A stretch of 64,000 bases of DNA from Vicugna vicugna. Lineage: Eukaryota. A model generated the notes under the pieces. That model made no database searches, was not told where the DNA came from, and saw only the letters and a program-made list of their open reading frames with translations. Positions 1-13,551 of this stretch are shown piece after piece. The stretch lies in NCBI GenBank assembly GCA_013265495.1, contig MU057552.1:223748-287747 (forward strand), given 5' to 3'. The position numbers were made by a program, and so were the translations under genes. Numbering within the stretch: position 1 is the first letter of the stretch; each line of letters starts with the position of its first letter.

Positions 1-255
1 TGACCGGGGGGGGGGTAGAGGGTGGGAAGGGATAGACTGGGATTTCAAAATTGTAGAATAAATAAACAAGATTACACTGTATAGCACAGGGAAATATACA
101 CAAAATGTTAAGATAAATCACAGAGAAAAAATGTGACAATGAGTGTGTATATGTCCATGAATGACTGAAAAATTGTGCTGAACACTGGAATTTGACACAA
201 CACTGTAAAATGATTATGAATCAATAAAAAATGTAAAATGTTCTGCAAAAAAAAA
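1..255 (+). mobile_element. 3' end of a young lineage-specific L1
   Basis: Same 3' UTR as the copies at 3955, 14660, 24066 and 55468 (gggtgggaagggatagactgggatttcaaaatt...). Ends in AATAAA and an A-tail. Confidence 0.85.
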
Positions 256-323
256 ATTCCAAGCTTGAAATTCCTATAGTAGGGCCCTAGTAAAGCATTC
301 TTGCTGCAGTTTGAGGGGCTTAC

Positions 324-334
324 ACTTTCACTTC
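324..334 (-). promoter_or_regulatory. IRF/PRDI-like motif GAAGTGAAAGT
   Basis: ACTTTCACTTC on the + strand; motif match only. Confidence 0.25.
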
Positions 335-869
335 AAAAAATAACTTCAGATCAGAATACTCCCTAATCTACATGAGGCAAATGAATAACTGTGCATTGTT
401 TGGTTTTTTTCAGCTTAAAGGGAATAGATGCTATCTCATCTCTCCTGAAAGTTATCCATTATTTCACACCTCCTAGAGTCATTAATTAGAATTCCAGAAT
501 TATTTGATAATAAAACTAGAATGGGTTTTATTATACATAAAACTATATGTTATATTAGAAAATATAATAACAGTATAATATATATTAATCACTTATGTAT
601 TCCTAGAACTGTGCTAAATTTGCTCAATATTAATGATTAAATGTGATCACTATATACCTTGTGTGATTCTCAATGTGTTTGTGCTATTTGTCAATTCATT
701 GACTTCCCAACTCCAAGTGTATTCTTTATTCTCTATTCTGAAAAAATAGAGCTGAACTCCTCAAGTATTTTTTCCTTGGCAATATTGCAAAGTTCAGCTT
801 TGTCAGGAGAAAGTGTTAGGAGAACAGACAGGGTCTAGTAGGAGACCGCCTTTAGATATTGAAAGACTA

Positions 870-1062
870 AACTAGTTATTCTTAACATTTTCTGTACATA
901 AACATCAACAGGGATGCTCTTAAAAATGCTCACACTTGATCTTTTGGATCATCACCAGAGTGTCTGATTTAACAGAGGTGGACTTGGAACTAAGCATGAG
1001 TGTTTTTTTAAGGTCTCCTCCCCAAGTGATTATAATTGCAAGCCAAGGAAGAAAACAACTGG
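870..1062. mobile_element. MER5-like hAT-Charlie DNA transposon remnant
   Basis: Resembles the recalled MER5A consensus (...ctccccaagtgatt...gcaagccaagg..gaaaacaactg). Confidence 0.4.
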
Positions 1063-1219
1063 AGTACACCTACAAAGAAAGTGTGAACTTGAAGGGAATC
1101 TGCCTTCCCTCACTCCCAATGCATTATATTCAATGTTGATTTGATACAGTATGGAAAGGAAAGAGAAGAGAAGCAAAAAAAGATTCATGCCTATCATATT
1201 TATTTGCAGCCCAGGGTTT

Positions 1220-1778
1220 GTTTTAAAGTGTATGTTTTGTTATTATTCAAATATGGTGAGGCCAACAAATAAGGAGATGATTGTCATTGAAAAGATGGTT
1301 TGTTATTCACAGCTCCCAAGAGGAGAAGGCACGCCATGCCAATGTGGGGCCACACATGAAAGTACCAGGTTCAGTAAGGAGCAGAGAGAGCAAGATGAAA
1401 CCTGGGCAAGAGCTTTATTGTGGCTGCTGCTGGAAGGGGAAAGGGAAGGGGTGAAGCAAAGTAGGCAGGGTTAAGATTGGTTAGTTTGAATAATTTCAGC
1501 AGGCTGTATGGTATGGGGGTGTCCATAGTTGACTGATATCTGATCCTCAGGTGATTAGAGCAGTTGGATAGTGGCCCAGAGTGTGAAGGCTGATAGAGGA
1601 GGTGGCTGGAATATAGCCTATTGATTGGTTGGTTTTTATACAAAAGGCACACTTGCAAGGGAGTCCTTTACTATTTCTAATAATTGGCTAACCCCAGATT
1701 GATCAGTCTTTTCAGGGACTGCAAAGTCCCAAGATGCCAAACCATTAAATACAGAAGCTAGTAAATATAGTTACTACA
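1220..1778 (-). mobile_element. ERVL-type solo LTR (MER54/MER74-like)
   Basis: TG...CA termini and recalled family motifs (gggcaagagctttattgtgg, ggttagtttgaataatttcagcaggct). Confidence 0.5.
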
Positions 1779-1959
1779 GGGTTGCATCAATTGGATGGTC
1801 CAGGAACTCAAGCCAAAATTTTGGTTTAGGATGACTCTGGACTGGTAATATCCACAGACACTTTAAAGAATTAAATGTGAATCCTTCACAATGTAAGATA
1901 ATTTTACCCTATTCATTTTACAATTCCAACAAGAAATTTTAAAAGAAATTAAATAGCAA

Positions 1960-3690
1960 TAACAATTTAAAAATTATCAAGCTCAAAAGGAAACAATGAG
2001 CAAACACCCCTCCAAAAATAAAAAGTATAAAGTGACTAACAAAATTTAAATGTTGAAAATTATTGAATACAGATTACAAACTCATAAACTTTCTCTGTTT
2101 AAAAAAATAAAAGACAAACTTTAAAATAGTTGCAAGTAATAGAAAATTATATAGTGACAGCAAATTTCAAAAGGAATGGAAAAGTCTTTAAATGAAAAAT
2201 GGAATAGCTGAAATTAAAAACCCAAAATATATTATTAAAAGCAGATTAGAGACATCTGACAAGAGAACTGCTGTTCGGGGAGACAAGTCAGAATACAATA
2301 TCCTGAGTGCAGCACAGAAGAGGAAGTAGGAGGAGAAGAAGACGATATGGAAGAGAAGTGAGGCATCTTAGAGGATAAGGCAAAAAAATCTAAAGTATAT
2401 AAAATGGGTGTTCCAGAACCAAATTGAGATTAATGTAGAAGCAGTTTTAAAGAAATATCAACAACCAGAAAGAAATTAACAAAATGGCAATAATTGCATA
2501 CCTATCAATAATTACTCTAAATGTAGATGGACTAAAGTCTCCAAACAAGACATAGAGTGACTAAACATGAAAAACAAGATCCATGTATATGTTGCCTACA
2601 AAAGACTCACTTTGGATCAAGACACACACAGACTGAAAGTGAATGAATGGCAAAATATATCCTATGCAAAGGGTAACAAAAAGAAAGCTGGGGTAGCAAT
2701 ACTTACATCAGACAAAATAGATTTAAAACAAAGACTGTAAAAAGAGGCAAAGAAGAGCATTACATAATGATAAAGGGATCAATTTAAGAAGAGGATATAA
2801 CAATTGTATGGGGGAAGGTATAGTTCAAGTGGTAGAGTTCTTGCTTAGCATGCATGAGGTCCTGGGTTCAATCCCCAGTAGCTCCTCTAAAAATAGACAA
2901 ATCTAATTACCCTGCCCCAAAATTAAATAATTAATTCATACAATAATAAATAAAATATTTTTTAAAAGAGAACACAAGACTTGTAAATATCTATGCATCC
3001 AACATAGGATTACCTAAATACACAAAGCAAATATTAACAGACACAAAGAGAGACAGTAAGATAATAATAGTAATGACAATAATACAATAATATTTGAGGA
3101 CTTTAACACCTCACTTACATCAATGGCTACATCACAGAAAAGCAGAAAGGAAACAATGACCTTAAACAATACTTTAGACCAGATGAACATAATAGATAAA
3201 CACAGAACATTCCACCCAGAAGCAGCACATACATATTCCTTTCAAAGGCACATAAAGCATTATACAAGATAGATCACTGTGAGGCCACAAAACAAAACTC
3301 AATAAATTTATGAAGAGTGAAATTATATTAAGCATCTTTTCTGACCAAACGGTATAAAATTAGAAATCAATTATAATAAGAAAACTGGAAAAAAAAGTCA
3401 CAAACACATGGAGGCTAAAGATCAAGGTTCTAAAAAAGTAAATGGGCCAACAAAGAAATCAAAGAGGAAATTTAAAAATAACTTGAAACAAGTTAAAATA
3501 GAAATACAGCATTCCAAAATCTATAGGACACAGCAAAAATCATTCTAAGACAAAAATGTATAGTTAAAAGGCCTATCTCAGGAAACAATAAAGCAAATAA
3601 GCAATCTAACCTTACACCAAAAGAAAATAAAGCAAACAAACAAATAAACAAAGAAAGCCCAAAGTGAGTAGAAGGAAGGAAATACTAGAA
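1960..3690 (+). mobile_element. Old L1 fragments (ORF1 remnant, then ORF2 endonuclease region)
   Basis: A-rich. Decayed EN motifs: ITLNVDGL (2509), CCLQ.TH, AGVAILTSDKIDLK, YIMIKGSI, IY(A)SNIG, DFNTSL, FSD.NG.KLEIN. Confidence 0.8.
2810..2965 (+). mobile_element. tRNA-Ala-derived SINE (Vic-1-like, camelid)
   Basis: GGGGAAGGTATAGTTCAAGTGGTAGAG (A box), GGGTTCAATCCC (B box) and an AT-rich tail. Degenerate TSD (aagaggatataacaattgta / aagagaacacaagacttgta). Inserted in an L1 EN region. Confidence 0.85.
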
Positions 3691-6600
3691 CAGTATGAGG
3701 GGAGGAGGAGAGAGAGAGAAGGGACAGAAAGTTTATTAGAAAGAAATAATTTTGAAAACTTCTCAAATTTAGGGAGGGAAATAAACATCCATATTCATAC
3801 AGCATAAAGAATCCAAAGGGGATGGAGTTAAAGTCGACACTGAGACACAATATAAGAAATTGTCAAATCAAAGATGAAGAGAGACTTTACAAAGTGGTAA
3901 TAAAAAAACCACTTGTCACATACAAAAGAACCCATAAGACTATGAGAGAATTTCCTTTCTTTAAACATTTTTATTAATTTATAATCACTTTACAATGTTG
4001 TGTCAAATTCTAGTGTAGAGCATAATTTTTCAGTTATACATGAACATATATATATATACATTGTCACATATTTTTTTCTGTGAGCTACCATAAGACCTTG
4101 TATATATTTCTCTGTGCTATACAGCATAATCTTGTTTATCAATTCTATAATTTTGAAATGCCACTCTATCCCTTCCCACCCTCCACCCCCTTGGCAAACA
4201 CAAGCTTGTATTCTATGTCTATGAGTCTATTTCTGTTTTGTATTTATGCTTTGCTTTTTTTGTTTGTTTGTTTTTATTTTTAGATTCCACATATGAATGA
4301 TCTCATATGGTATTTTTCTTTCTCTTTGTGGCTTACTTCACTTAGAATGACATTTTCCAGGAAGATCCATGTTGCTGCAAATGGCATTACGTTGTTGGTT
4401 GTTTTATGGCTAAATAGTATTCCATTGTATAACTATACCACTTCTTCTTTATCCAGTCATCTGTTGATGGACATTTAGGCTGTATCCATGTGTTGGCTAT
4501 TGTAAATAGTGCTGCTATGAACATTGGGGTGAAGGTGTCATCCTGAAGTAGGGTTCCTTCTGGATAGAGGCCCAGGAGTGGGATTCCTGGGTCATATGAT
4601 AAGTCTATTCCTAGTGTTTTGAGGAATCTCCATACTGTTTTCCACAGTGGCTGCACTAATCTGCATTCCCACCAGCAGTGTAAGAGGGTTCACTTTTCTT
4701 CACAGCCTCTCCAGCACTTGTCATTTGTGGATTTTTAAATTATGGCCATTCTGACTGATGTGAGCTGGTACCTCATTGTAGTTTTGATTTGCATTTCTCT
4801 GATAATTAGTGATATTGAACATTTTTTCATGTGCTTTTTGATCATTTGTATGTCTTCCTTGGAGAATTGCTTGTTTAGCTCTTCTGCCCATTTTTGGATT
4901 GGGTTTTTTTTATTAAGTCATGTGAGCTGCTTATATATTCTGGAGATCAAGCCTTTGTTGGTTTAATCTGCTAAAATTTTCTCCCATTCCATAGGTTGTC
5001 TTTTTGTTTTACTTATGGTTTCCTCTGCTGTGCAGATGCTTGTAAGTTTCATTAGGTCTCATTTATTTATTCTTGCTTTTACTTCTATTGCTTGAGTAGA
5101 CTGTTCTAGGAGAACATTCTTGAGACGTATGTCAGATAATATTTTGCCTATATTTTCTTCCAGGGGGTTTATTGTATCTTGTCTTATGTTTAAGTCTTTG
5201 ATCCATTTTGAGTTTATTTTTGTGTATGGTGTAAGGGAGTGTTCTAGCTTCATTGATTTACATGCTGCTGTCCAGTTTTCCCAACACCATTTGCTGAAGA
5301 GACTGTCTTTATTCCATTGTATATTCTTACCTTTGTTGAAGATTAGTTGACAAAATGTTTGTGGGTTCACTCATACCAGTCATTCTCAAACTCTTCCAGA
5401 AGATTGAAAAGGAGGGAATACTCCCAAACTCATTCTATGAAGCCATCATCATCCTGATACCAAAACCAGGCAAAGACACTACCAAAAAAGAGAATTATAG
5501 GCCAATATCACTGATGAACATACATTCCATAATCCTCACCAAAATATTAGCAAATAGAATCCAACAACACATAAAAAAGATTATACAACGTGAGCAAGTG
5601 GTGTTCATCCCAGGGACACAAGGATGTTTCAACATATACAAATCAATCAATGTAATACATCACATCAACTAGAGAAAGGACAAAAACCACATGATCATCT
5701 CCATCAATGCAGAAAAAGCATTTGATAAAATTCAACACCCATTTATGATAAAAAATCTTGCCCAAGTGGGTATAGAGGGAACATATCTCAACATAATAAA
5801 AGCTATATATGACAAACCTACAGCCAGCATAGTACTCAACGGTGAAAAACTCAAAAGCTTCCCACTAAAATCTGGGACAAGACAAGGATGCCCACTCTCA
5901 CCACTCCTGTTCAACATAGTCCTGGAAGTCCTAGCCACAGCAGTTAGACAAGAGAAAGAAATAAAAGGGATCCAAATTGGAAAAGAAGAGATAAAAATGT
6001 CATTAAATGCTGTCGACATGTTACTATATAGAGAAAACCCTAAAAGGTCCACACAAAAGTTACTAGATCTGATTGAAGAATTCAGCAAAGTAGCAGGTCA
6101 CAAGGTTAAAGTTCAAAAATCAGTTGCATTCCTTTACACTAATGATGAATCAACAGAAAAAGAAAATAAAGAAACAATCCCCTTTAAAATAGCACCCAAA
6201 ATAATAAAATACCTAAGAATAAATCTAACCAAGGAGGTGAAAGGATTATACAGAAAACTATAAATCACTGATGAAGGAAATTAAAGAAGACTTTAAAAAA
6301 TGGAAAGATATCCCATGTTCTTGGATTGGAAGAATCAATATTGTTAAAATGGTCACACTACCCAAGGCAGTGTACAGATTTAATGCAATCCCTATCCAAT
6401 TACCCAGGACATATTTCACAGAACTAGAACAAATCATAATAAAATTATATGGAACCATCAAAGACCTAGAATTACCAAAGCATTACTGAAGAGATAGAAA
6501 GAGGCTGGAGAAATAACTCTCCCAGACTTCAGACAATACTACAGAGCTACAGTCATCAAGAAATCATTGTATTGGTACAAAAACAGACATATGGACCAAT

Positions 6601-7300
6601 GGAACAGAATAGTGAGCCCAGAAATGAGAGAATTTCTCAGCATAAATCTTATAGGCTAGAAAGGAGAAGAATGATACACTCAAAATGCTGATAGATGAAA
6701 AACTGTAAAATAAGACTATTGTATCCCACAAAATTGGTATTCAAAAGTGAAGGAGAGATAAAGACATTCTCAGACAAACAAAAGCTGAAGGAGATCATCA
6801 CCAAGAAATATTACAGGGAGTTATTCAAGTTGAAAAGAAAAGACACTAAATAGCAACAGGAAAGTATACCGAGGTATAAAACTCACTGATAAATATAAAT
6901 ATATAAACAAATATGGAATATTGTACACTGTGATAGTAGTGTGTAAATCACAGCTTATTTTGGTATAAGAGTTAAAAGACAAAAGTGTTAAAAATAAACA
7001 TAAGTATAAAAAGTTATGAATGGATGCATAATATTAAAATATATAAAATGAGACAACAAATATAAAGTTGGAGAAGTAAAAGAGTAGAGTTTTTGTATGT
7101 GATTGAAGTCAAATTATTGTCAGTTTAAAAAGGACATAACTCTAAGATATTTTATGCAAGCCTCATGGTAACCACATGATGTGAAAATACCAACAAAAAC
7201 AAAAGAAAAAGAGAGAACAATCAAAGAATAACAAAAATCAACAAAACACAAAGGAAGACAGCAAGAAAGGAAAAGAGTAACAAAGAACTATAAGACAGAC
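3690..7300 (+). mobile_element. Old L1 ORF1/inter-ORF fragment, split by a younger L1 at 3955-6623
   Basis: Decayed ORF1 C-terminal sequence resumes across the TSD (cccataagact[atgagagaatttc]tcagca...gacattctcagacaaacaaaagctgaagga). Confidence 0.7.
3955..6623 (-). mobile_element. Young 5'-inverted L1 (twin priming): 3955-5369 on minus, 5370-6623 on plus
   Basis: ORF2 C-terminal ORFs on minus (4387-4656, 5059-5370) and RT ORFs on plus (5355-6489: [20 protein letters not shown] decayed to NAVD). 13-bp TSD ATGAGAGAATTTC at 3942-3954 and 6624-6636. Confidence 0.93.
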
Positions 7301-7309
7301 AATGTTATC

Positions 7310-8900
7310 AACAGTTAATGTCCAGCAACAAATGAGTAGATTAAGAAAATGTGGTCTAATCATACAATGGAATATTACTCGGCTTTAAAAAGATAAGGAA
7401 TTCCCACCACTTAACACAACATGAATAAAACTGGAAGACATTACATAAGCGAATTAAGTTGGTGAAAGAGGACAAATGCTGCATGATTCTACTTACATCA
7501 GGTGCCTAAAAATTGTCAAAGTCATAGATGTAATGAATAAAATGCTGGTTGCCAGGAGCTATGAAGAGGATGAAAGGGAGATTGGTTTTTCATTAGGTTG
7601 TCAGTTGCACAAGATGTGTATGTTCTAGAGAGCTGCAGTATGGTACTATGCCTACAGTTAACAATACTGCAGTACACATTTAAAAACTTGTAAAGATATA
7701 TAAAATAGATAAACAAGTTTATACTGTATAACACAGGAAACCATATTCAGTATCTAGTAGTAACATATAAAGAAAAATATATGAAAATGAATATATGTAT
7801 GTATATATATGACTGAAACATTATTCTGTGTATCAGAAATGGATGCAACATTGTAAACTGACTAAACTTTAATAAAAATTAAATTAAAAAGTGTGTGTGT
7901 ATGTGTATACATATTATATATAAATATGTATAAATATGTATAATATATATATATAACAGTTTGGCCCACTAAAATGTTTTTGAAGCAACAGCACTGCAGA
8001 AATAATGAACAAATGCAACACCCAGATACTTGTTTTCAAATTTTTGTTCACTTAAAAAAATGTAGCAAACAATGTTCCTTGGAGAAATCACAGATTGATT
8101 GCAGGTGTAGGGTAAAAACACAACATGTAGCTATGATATAGTTTGGTGCCAGAAAACAAAAGTACACTCAAAGATTAATGAGGTCATGTCAAATAGGTCA
8201 TATCAAATATGCCAAATAGACATCTCATGGGCAAGTTTGGGATAATTTTAATATCAAAAAGACTCATGACTATAAGTGATTATAATCACATAACTTATGT
8301 CGGTATCCAGATATAACTTAAGCAATAGGAAACATAGGGAAAGAAAAACAAGATAAAAGACACCATGAGAAAATAAACAGGTGGGATATTCTATATGAAA
8401 ACAAGTTTCTTTTGAAATTCAACGCTGTTTTTAAAATGAATAACACATTAAAAACACAAAATGATACTTCTAGGTTTATATAAACAGGTATAACAAATAA
8501 ATATAGGGCATGATACTTGGTTTGACCCTGATTCAAAGATATAAATAAATGATACAGCTATAAAAGTATGCTAGATGCAATTGGGGAAATTCAAATATTG
8601 GCTATCAGGTTATATTAGAGAATTATTAATTACCATTCTTTCCCAGGTACACTAATAATACATGTTTATTTAGGAGAAGATACTTATTCTTGGGGGATGC
8701 ATGCTGAGATACTTAGGGGTATTGTGAAGTGTCATGAAACAAGTTTTAAATGGTTCATCGAAAAAAGTATGTAGAGAAAGTAAACGTGACAAAATATTAA
8801 CAAATTTTAAATCTTAATGGAAGGAATATGGGTGTTCATTGCACTATCTTTTCCACTTTTTTGTATGTTTAAAATGTATCAATTTAATATTTGGAGAGAG
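7310..8900 (+). mobile_element. Stacked old L1 3' ends (L1MA- and L1MC-like)
   Basis: atggaatattactc, acaacatgaataaaactgga, aaacaagtttatactgtataacacagg and A-tail remnants. Confidence 0.6.
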
Positions 8901-9029
8901 AAAAGAACTGTCCAAGTGTACAAAGGCATTCTTGCAGTGCTGTTAAAAATATTATAACTCAGGGTACAATCTAAATGCACTGCAAAAATAAATCACTTAA
9001 ACACATTTAGTACATTTGGTCCAGCCACA

Positions 9030-9460
9030 GAATGAATTCAGTCAGTGAACAGTTATCACCCAGGCAAATTCTTGGCATAAATATTACCCTAAGCCCTGAG
9101 GACAGAGTGATAAAGAAAATAGAGAAGTCCTAGGCTCTCAGGGGAGAGCCAAAAACAAGCCAACAATTAAATGAACAAAGTCATTACCAATAGGACTGAT
9201 GTATGGCATGAAGGAAATAACAAATGACAGAGGAGTTTCCCTAGATTGAGGGAGAGGGAAGGTGACATTGGGGTGGCAGTGTATGAGCTGAGGCTTGAGT
9301 GAAAAGAAGGAGCTGCCATGGGGGACACCTGTTAAATCTTCCCATCCACACAATGAATAGCAGAGTACAAAGGCACTGATGTGAACATGAGGACGGCTAC
9401 ACAGGTGAAAAAGGGTGAGCACGGCTGAGGAACATGTTTGCAATTATGGTGCTGTGTGAG
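9030..9460 (-). mobile_element. L2 fragment
   Basis: Decayed L2 3' region motifs (gagggaaggtgacatt...tgagctgaggcttgag...aaggcactga). Confidence 0.45.
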
Positions 9461-10555
9461 AAGAGGGGCCTAGAACATCTTCTCTAATAGGATACAACTC
9501 TTCAAAGATACATATACACACATGATAATGCAATGCAAACCACAAACAGCTTGTCACTCTGTTGACATCACAGGTGACCTTTCTCTTTCTCTCACTATGT
9601 TTTTCCCAATGTACAAATGAAAATGTGACTTTTAAATATATATATATATATATTTTAAAGGCTTATGCCCCCTCCTGGAGGGAAAAAAAGCAGCAGAAAT
9701 AGATCAGTAACTCCCTGGCACCCAGAATGAAGGTCAGTCTGCACACATGAGAAGGGCCAATCTGATCCCACCTAATCACAATCCGGGATCTGCACACTGC
9801 CTATCCAAAGGTGTCCAGTCTTCATAGGGAACACCTTCATATATTTATCAAATGCTTTGCTTTCTTCCTTGACTCTAAACCTTGGGACTAGGACAGAAAA
9901 TAGGGGAAACTTCTCATAAGCTACCAACAACAGAAGACTAGCTGACCTTAAACAAACAATTAATTAGTTATTTTAAAGTGTGGCTATGACTGATTCAGCA
10001 TCCTGGTTACTGCCACAGAGGAAAGCAATCTACCAGTTGCTGGTTAGTGGGAGCCTGATGATTGGCTGCTCAGCCACAGATATCCACAAGAGGGTAGCAG
10101 AGGAGTTTGCTTGCTCAAACACAATCCCTTATGCCCTATCCTCCAGGGCCTCCATTCTTCCCTCTTCACTCTTTGTTTTACTTCCCCTGTCAAAATGCTC
10201 TCCTGCTTATCAGTTTACTGTGGAGAATAAATATATTGTATCTCCACCTTCTGTAGACAATGCTCAAATCATTCCTGTCACCTACATCCAACCATAAACA
10301 AACTGAGAATGTAGCATTTAAACCTTTGTCTTCAATTAAATTTCATGGCTAATGATTTCTCCAAGTCTCCAAAAGGAAAGAGGGAAATTACACAAAAATT
10401 CAAGAAGCCTTGGTTGCTTACTCTCTGAGATTCCCTCAACTTATATCAACTTATCCACTTATTTGTGGAGATGTTTTTCTTTGGTTTCAGAAAGCTAAAG
10501 GGACCACTACCTTGGAAGAACTTAAGGGGTCTCAAACTACTGCTGAGTTCAGTCA

Positions 10556-10566
10556 GAAAGTGAAAG
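10556..10566 (+). promoter_or_regulatory. IRF-E/ISRE-like motif GAAAGTGAAAG
   Basis: Matches GAAANNGAAA; motif match only. Confidence 0.3.
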
Positions 10567-12614
10567 AGTTAGAGAAAAACGGTTAGAAGTCATTCTAATT
10601 TTATCTTGTTAAAATTGTTTGGTCATGTGTTCAGAATTGTAAACAACTGAAGGATGAAATGTGGTAAATTAACACCAGCAATTAGAAACTATTTGGAAAG
10701 AGCAGTCAAGGCTTGAACTTAATTACTAAAATAGCCTTTGCTCTAGCCACAGCTTTCTGAATGGTATAAGACTTGAGCTTCATGACAGGAAAAAAGTCTA
10801 GTGTTAGAATGCTGAGATGTCTAATCTTCAGACATTAGCTCAGCACTGTGAGGATAACGTTTCTAAAAAATAGAAAATTCACTATCAAATCACATGGCTT
10901 TACAATTAAAACAATCACAAAATCCTGAACAAAGACAGGACCCCAAATTAGGGGCTTCAATTGAACAAGATACTTGCTGACATTACAAAAAAAATTCCAT
11001 TGGATTTTGGACTGTCTAGACTCCAAATAGAAAGAAAAGCCCCCAAAACTCTCTACACAGGAGGAATACTAACTTAGCTCTGAGGAAGCAATCATTCTTT
11101 GACCACAATTCCAACTAAATTCACAGGGTGAGGTTACCCTTGTTAGTTGAAGGGCACCCTACCATATTTCTCTTTGATATTGGAGTGACATATTTCACTT
11201 TTAACACTGCTTCCTTTTCTGGCACCTTCTTCAAAGTCACCAAACTGCCAGTGGAGGCAAACTGATAATTTGCCTCATAGTTTGCCTCCCAGTCCCTCAG
11301 TATATTTATAAGATCCCTTCTGTCTCAACACAATTTTCCTCTTAGACCAACTACCCCAATAACTTCATGGATTGGGGTATTATACTTCATTGTGATACTG
11401 CAGGACTTCTTTCACAGGTCTCTTATTCATTTCTTTCACTTTTGTTTCCTCTAATGGCTTTACCTGACTTCCTTAAGGTTCCCTGTCCTCTTCAACCTAG
11501 TACCAATCTTACTGTGGACTTAAGCCAATTAGTGGACAGGACTTCTCTTCTTTATAGACAAGGAATTTAACTGAAATTGGGCATGTATGGGGTGAAGAAC
11601 CCCATAATACAATGCTATGGTAAGTGGAAGTATTTCTGTCCATGTCCCTCCCTAAGAACCCCCAATATAACATAACACAAGAGAAACTTGATGGATGCTG
11701 TCTAATAGTTTAAGAATTATTAGATAAGGTACTCCTGGTTCTTACTTCTATCCCATGCAACACTTATATTCTGGCTGCTTAAAAGCCAAATGAAAAGGAT
11801 ACTGGCTATTCCAAGACAGGAGATGCTAATATGTTCCCCTTCAAATCTAATAGATCTCTATCCTGAGATCTATTAATATGTTCCCCTAACTACATACTTC
11901 AACTCTCAATCCACCCTTATCAGACTTTCCCCTTCCCACTCTAGCCCTTAAAATCTCTATAATCACTCAGCTTTAGGATTCTTTTCCCCTTCTGGGGCTC
12001 TTGAGAAATGTAGGGACCCTAAAAGCAACTACCACATGTGGAAAAGACTAATTGGAAACAGAGCAGATATTTTATCTACTCAGATGAATTCAAAAAATAC
12101 CCAGATAGGTGCTTGGTGTCTTCCTATTCCTCATTCCAAAATTGAGTTTATGGTCACCTTGACATGTACCCAGATGTCAGGATTCTTCACTCACTCACAG
12201 AGGCCTGCAGAGCTGGACAGATGTCACACACCAAACCAGGCTCTCCCTCACTACCACTGACTATATTCCATCACTTTTTGTTTCCCTTTGGCCAATCTAG
12301 GAGCTACTGGCAGTGCTATGTTGTTGGGAGTGAGACAGTTACTGGCATAGATGTATGGATGCATGGCTTGGGGATCAGGCAGGAACTCATATGCATGATG
12401 TGTAGACACATGGACAGTACACACATTCCTTTTCTGTATCTCTGCCCCAAGACAATGAGGATATCTAGACACTGTTTAACCCAAATGGCCCTAGAAGCAG
12501 ACACTCAGCCTGAGAGTCTGGACTTGGACCATTTTACTTGGCTTGTAAGACAATGATACTTACATGAGCTGATGACAACACCTGACATATCATAGCATCA
12601 CATTTACCTAAACC

Positions 12615-12785
12615 AGGATGGCTTCTCATTGTCCACTTTTGTAAACAAAGTCTTACTGGAACATAGCTATGCCCATTTGTTTACATATTGTATGGATGCT
12701 CTCACTGAATAGTTGTGACAGTGACGTTATGTCTCAAAAAGTCTAAAATATTTACTATCTAGCCTTTTATGAAGAAGTTCCCATA
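12615..12785. mobile_element. MER58A-like hAT-Charlie MITE
   Basis: ttgtaaacaaagtcttactggaacatagctatgcccatttgtttacatattg...ctaaaatatttactatct matches the recalled consensus. Confidence 0.65.
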
Positions 12786-13551
12786 GACACGGAGAATGGT
12801 GAGGAAGGTAGAGAAGAGAAGAAAGGAGGAAGACTCCCTGTACCCTCACAGCCTGGCATCCTTGGCCAACTCCCTGCTGCACCTCTCATCTTTCTCTTAT
12901 ACAATGCTCCATTTTCTTTCTCACAAACACATGTGTGCAACCAGTCACTTTTTTATCTGACCAAATACATCCCTTTGGAACTGGTCCAATTGGCTAAATT
13001 CATGTGGAAAGAGGATATCTATGTTAGGAGAGGATCCATGTGTTAGGGAAGTACGGGCATGCTGAGCAAAATGCCAATAGTGAGCATCTCCAGATAATAC
13101 AATAGGTTGTTCACTTTCATCTTTAATCTTCATTTTCTAATTATGATAAAATATATTCATTTAAACATATATATTAAGGAACACATTTAAAATCTTAAAA
13201 TTTTAAATCACTAACAAAAATACCCAAGGATCCTCGTCAAGAGAAAAATGCTTGAAAATACTTGTTGTATACAGCCTTGTTTACATTTCTGCCATGGATT
13301 TTCTATTTTTCTTGTTTGCCAAGGAAAGTTAAGTCAAATTCGGCAACCTTATACGGGGGAGAAATGTATCAAGAAGTGGAGATATGAAGGCCTTCCAGTG
13401 CAGGGCGGCCCACAGAAAGTGGTGGCATGTGTTAAGATGTGACTATTAAATAACTTTTTCTAATCTCCTCTCACCATGAACCATACACCCATATTCATGC
13501 TGTAATCAGTGGATCTAGCATGACTCTGCTAACTGAAAAGCATCATGAATT

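Noticed and set aside
1151..1658. Overlapping 107-aa and 95-aa ORFs
   Set aside because: They lie almost entirely within an LTR remnant and show no protein-family features.
2810..2885. tRNA-Ala gene
   Set aside because: The acceptor stem is imperfect, it has an AT-rich tail and TSD, and diverged copies occur elsewhere. It is a SINE.
5355..6489. Reverse transcriptase ORFs as a novel RT system or host gene
   Set aside because: They are broken L1 ORF2 fragments (catalytic YADD reads NAVD, with stops and a frameshift) inside a TSD-bounded insertion.
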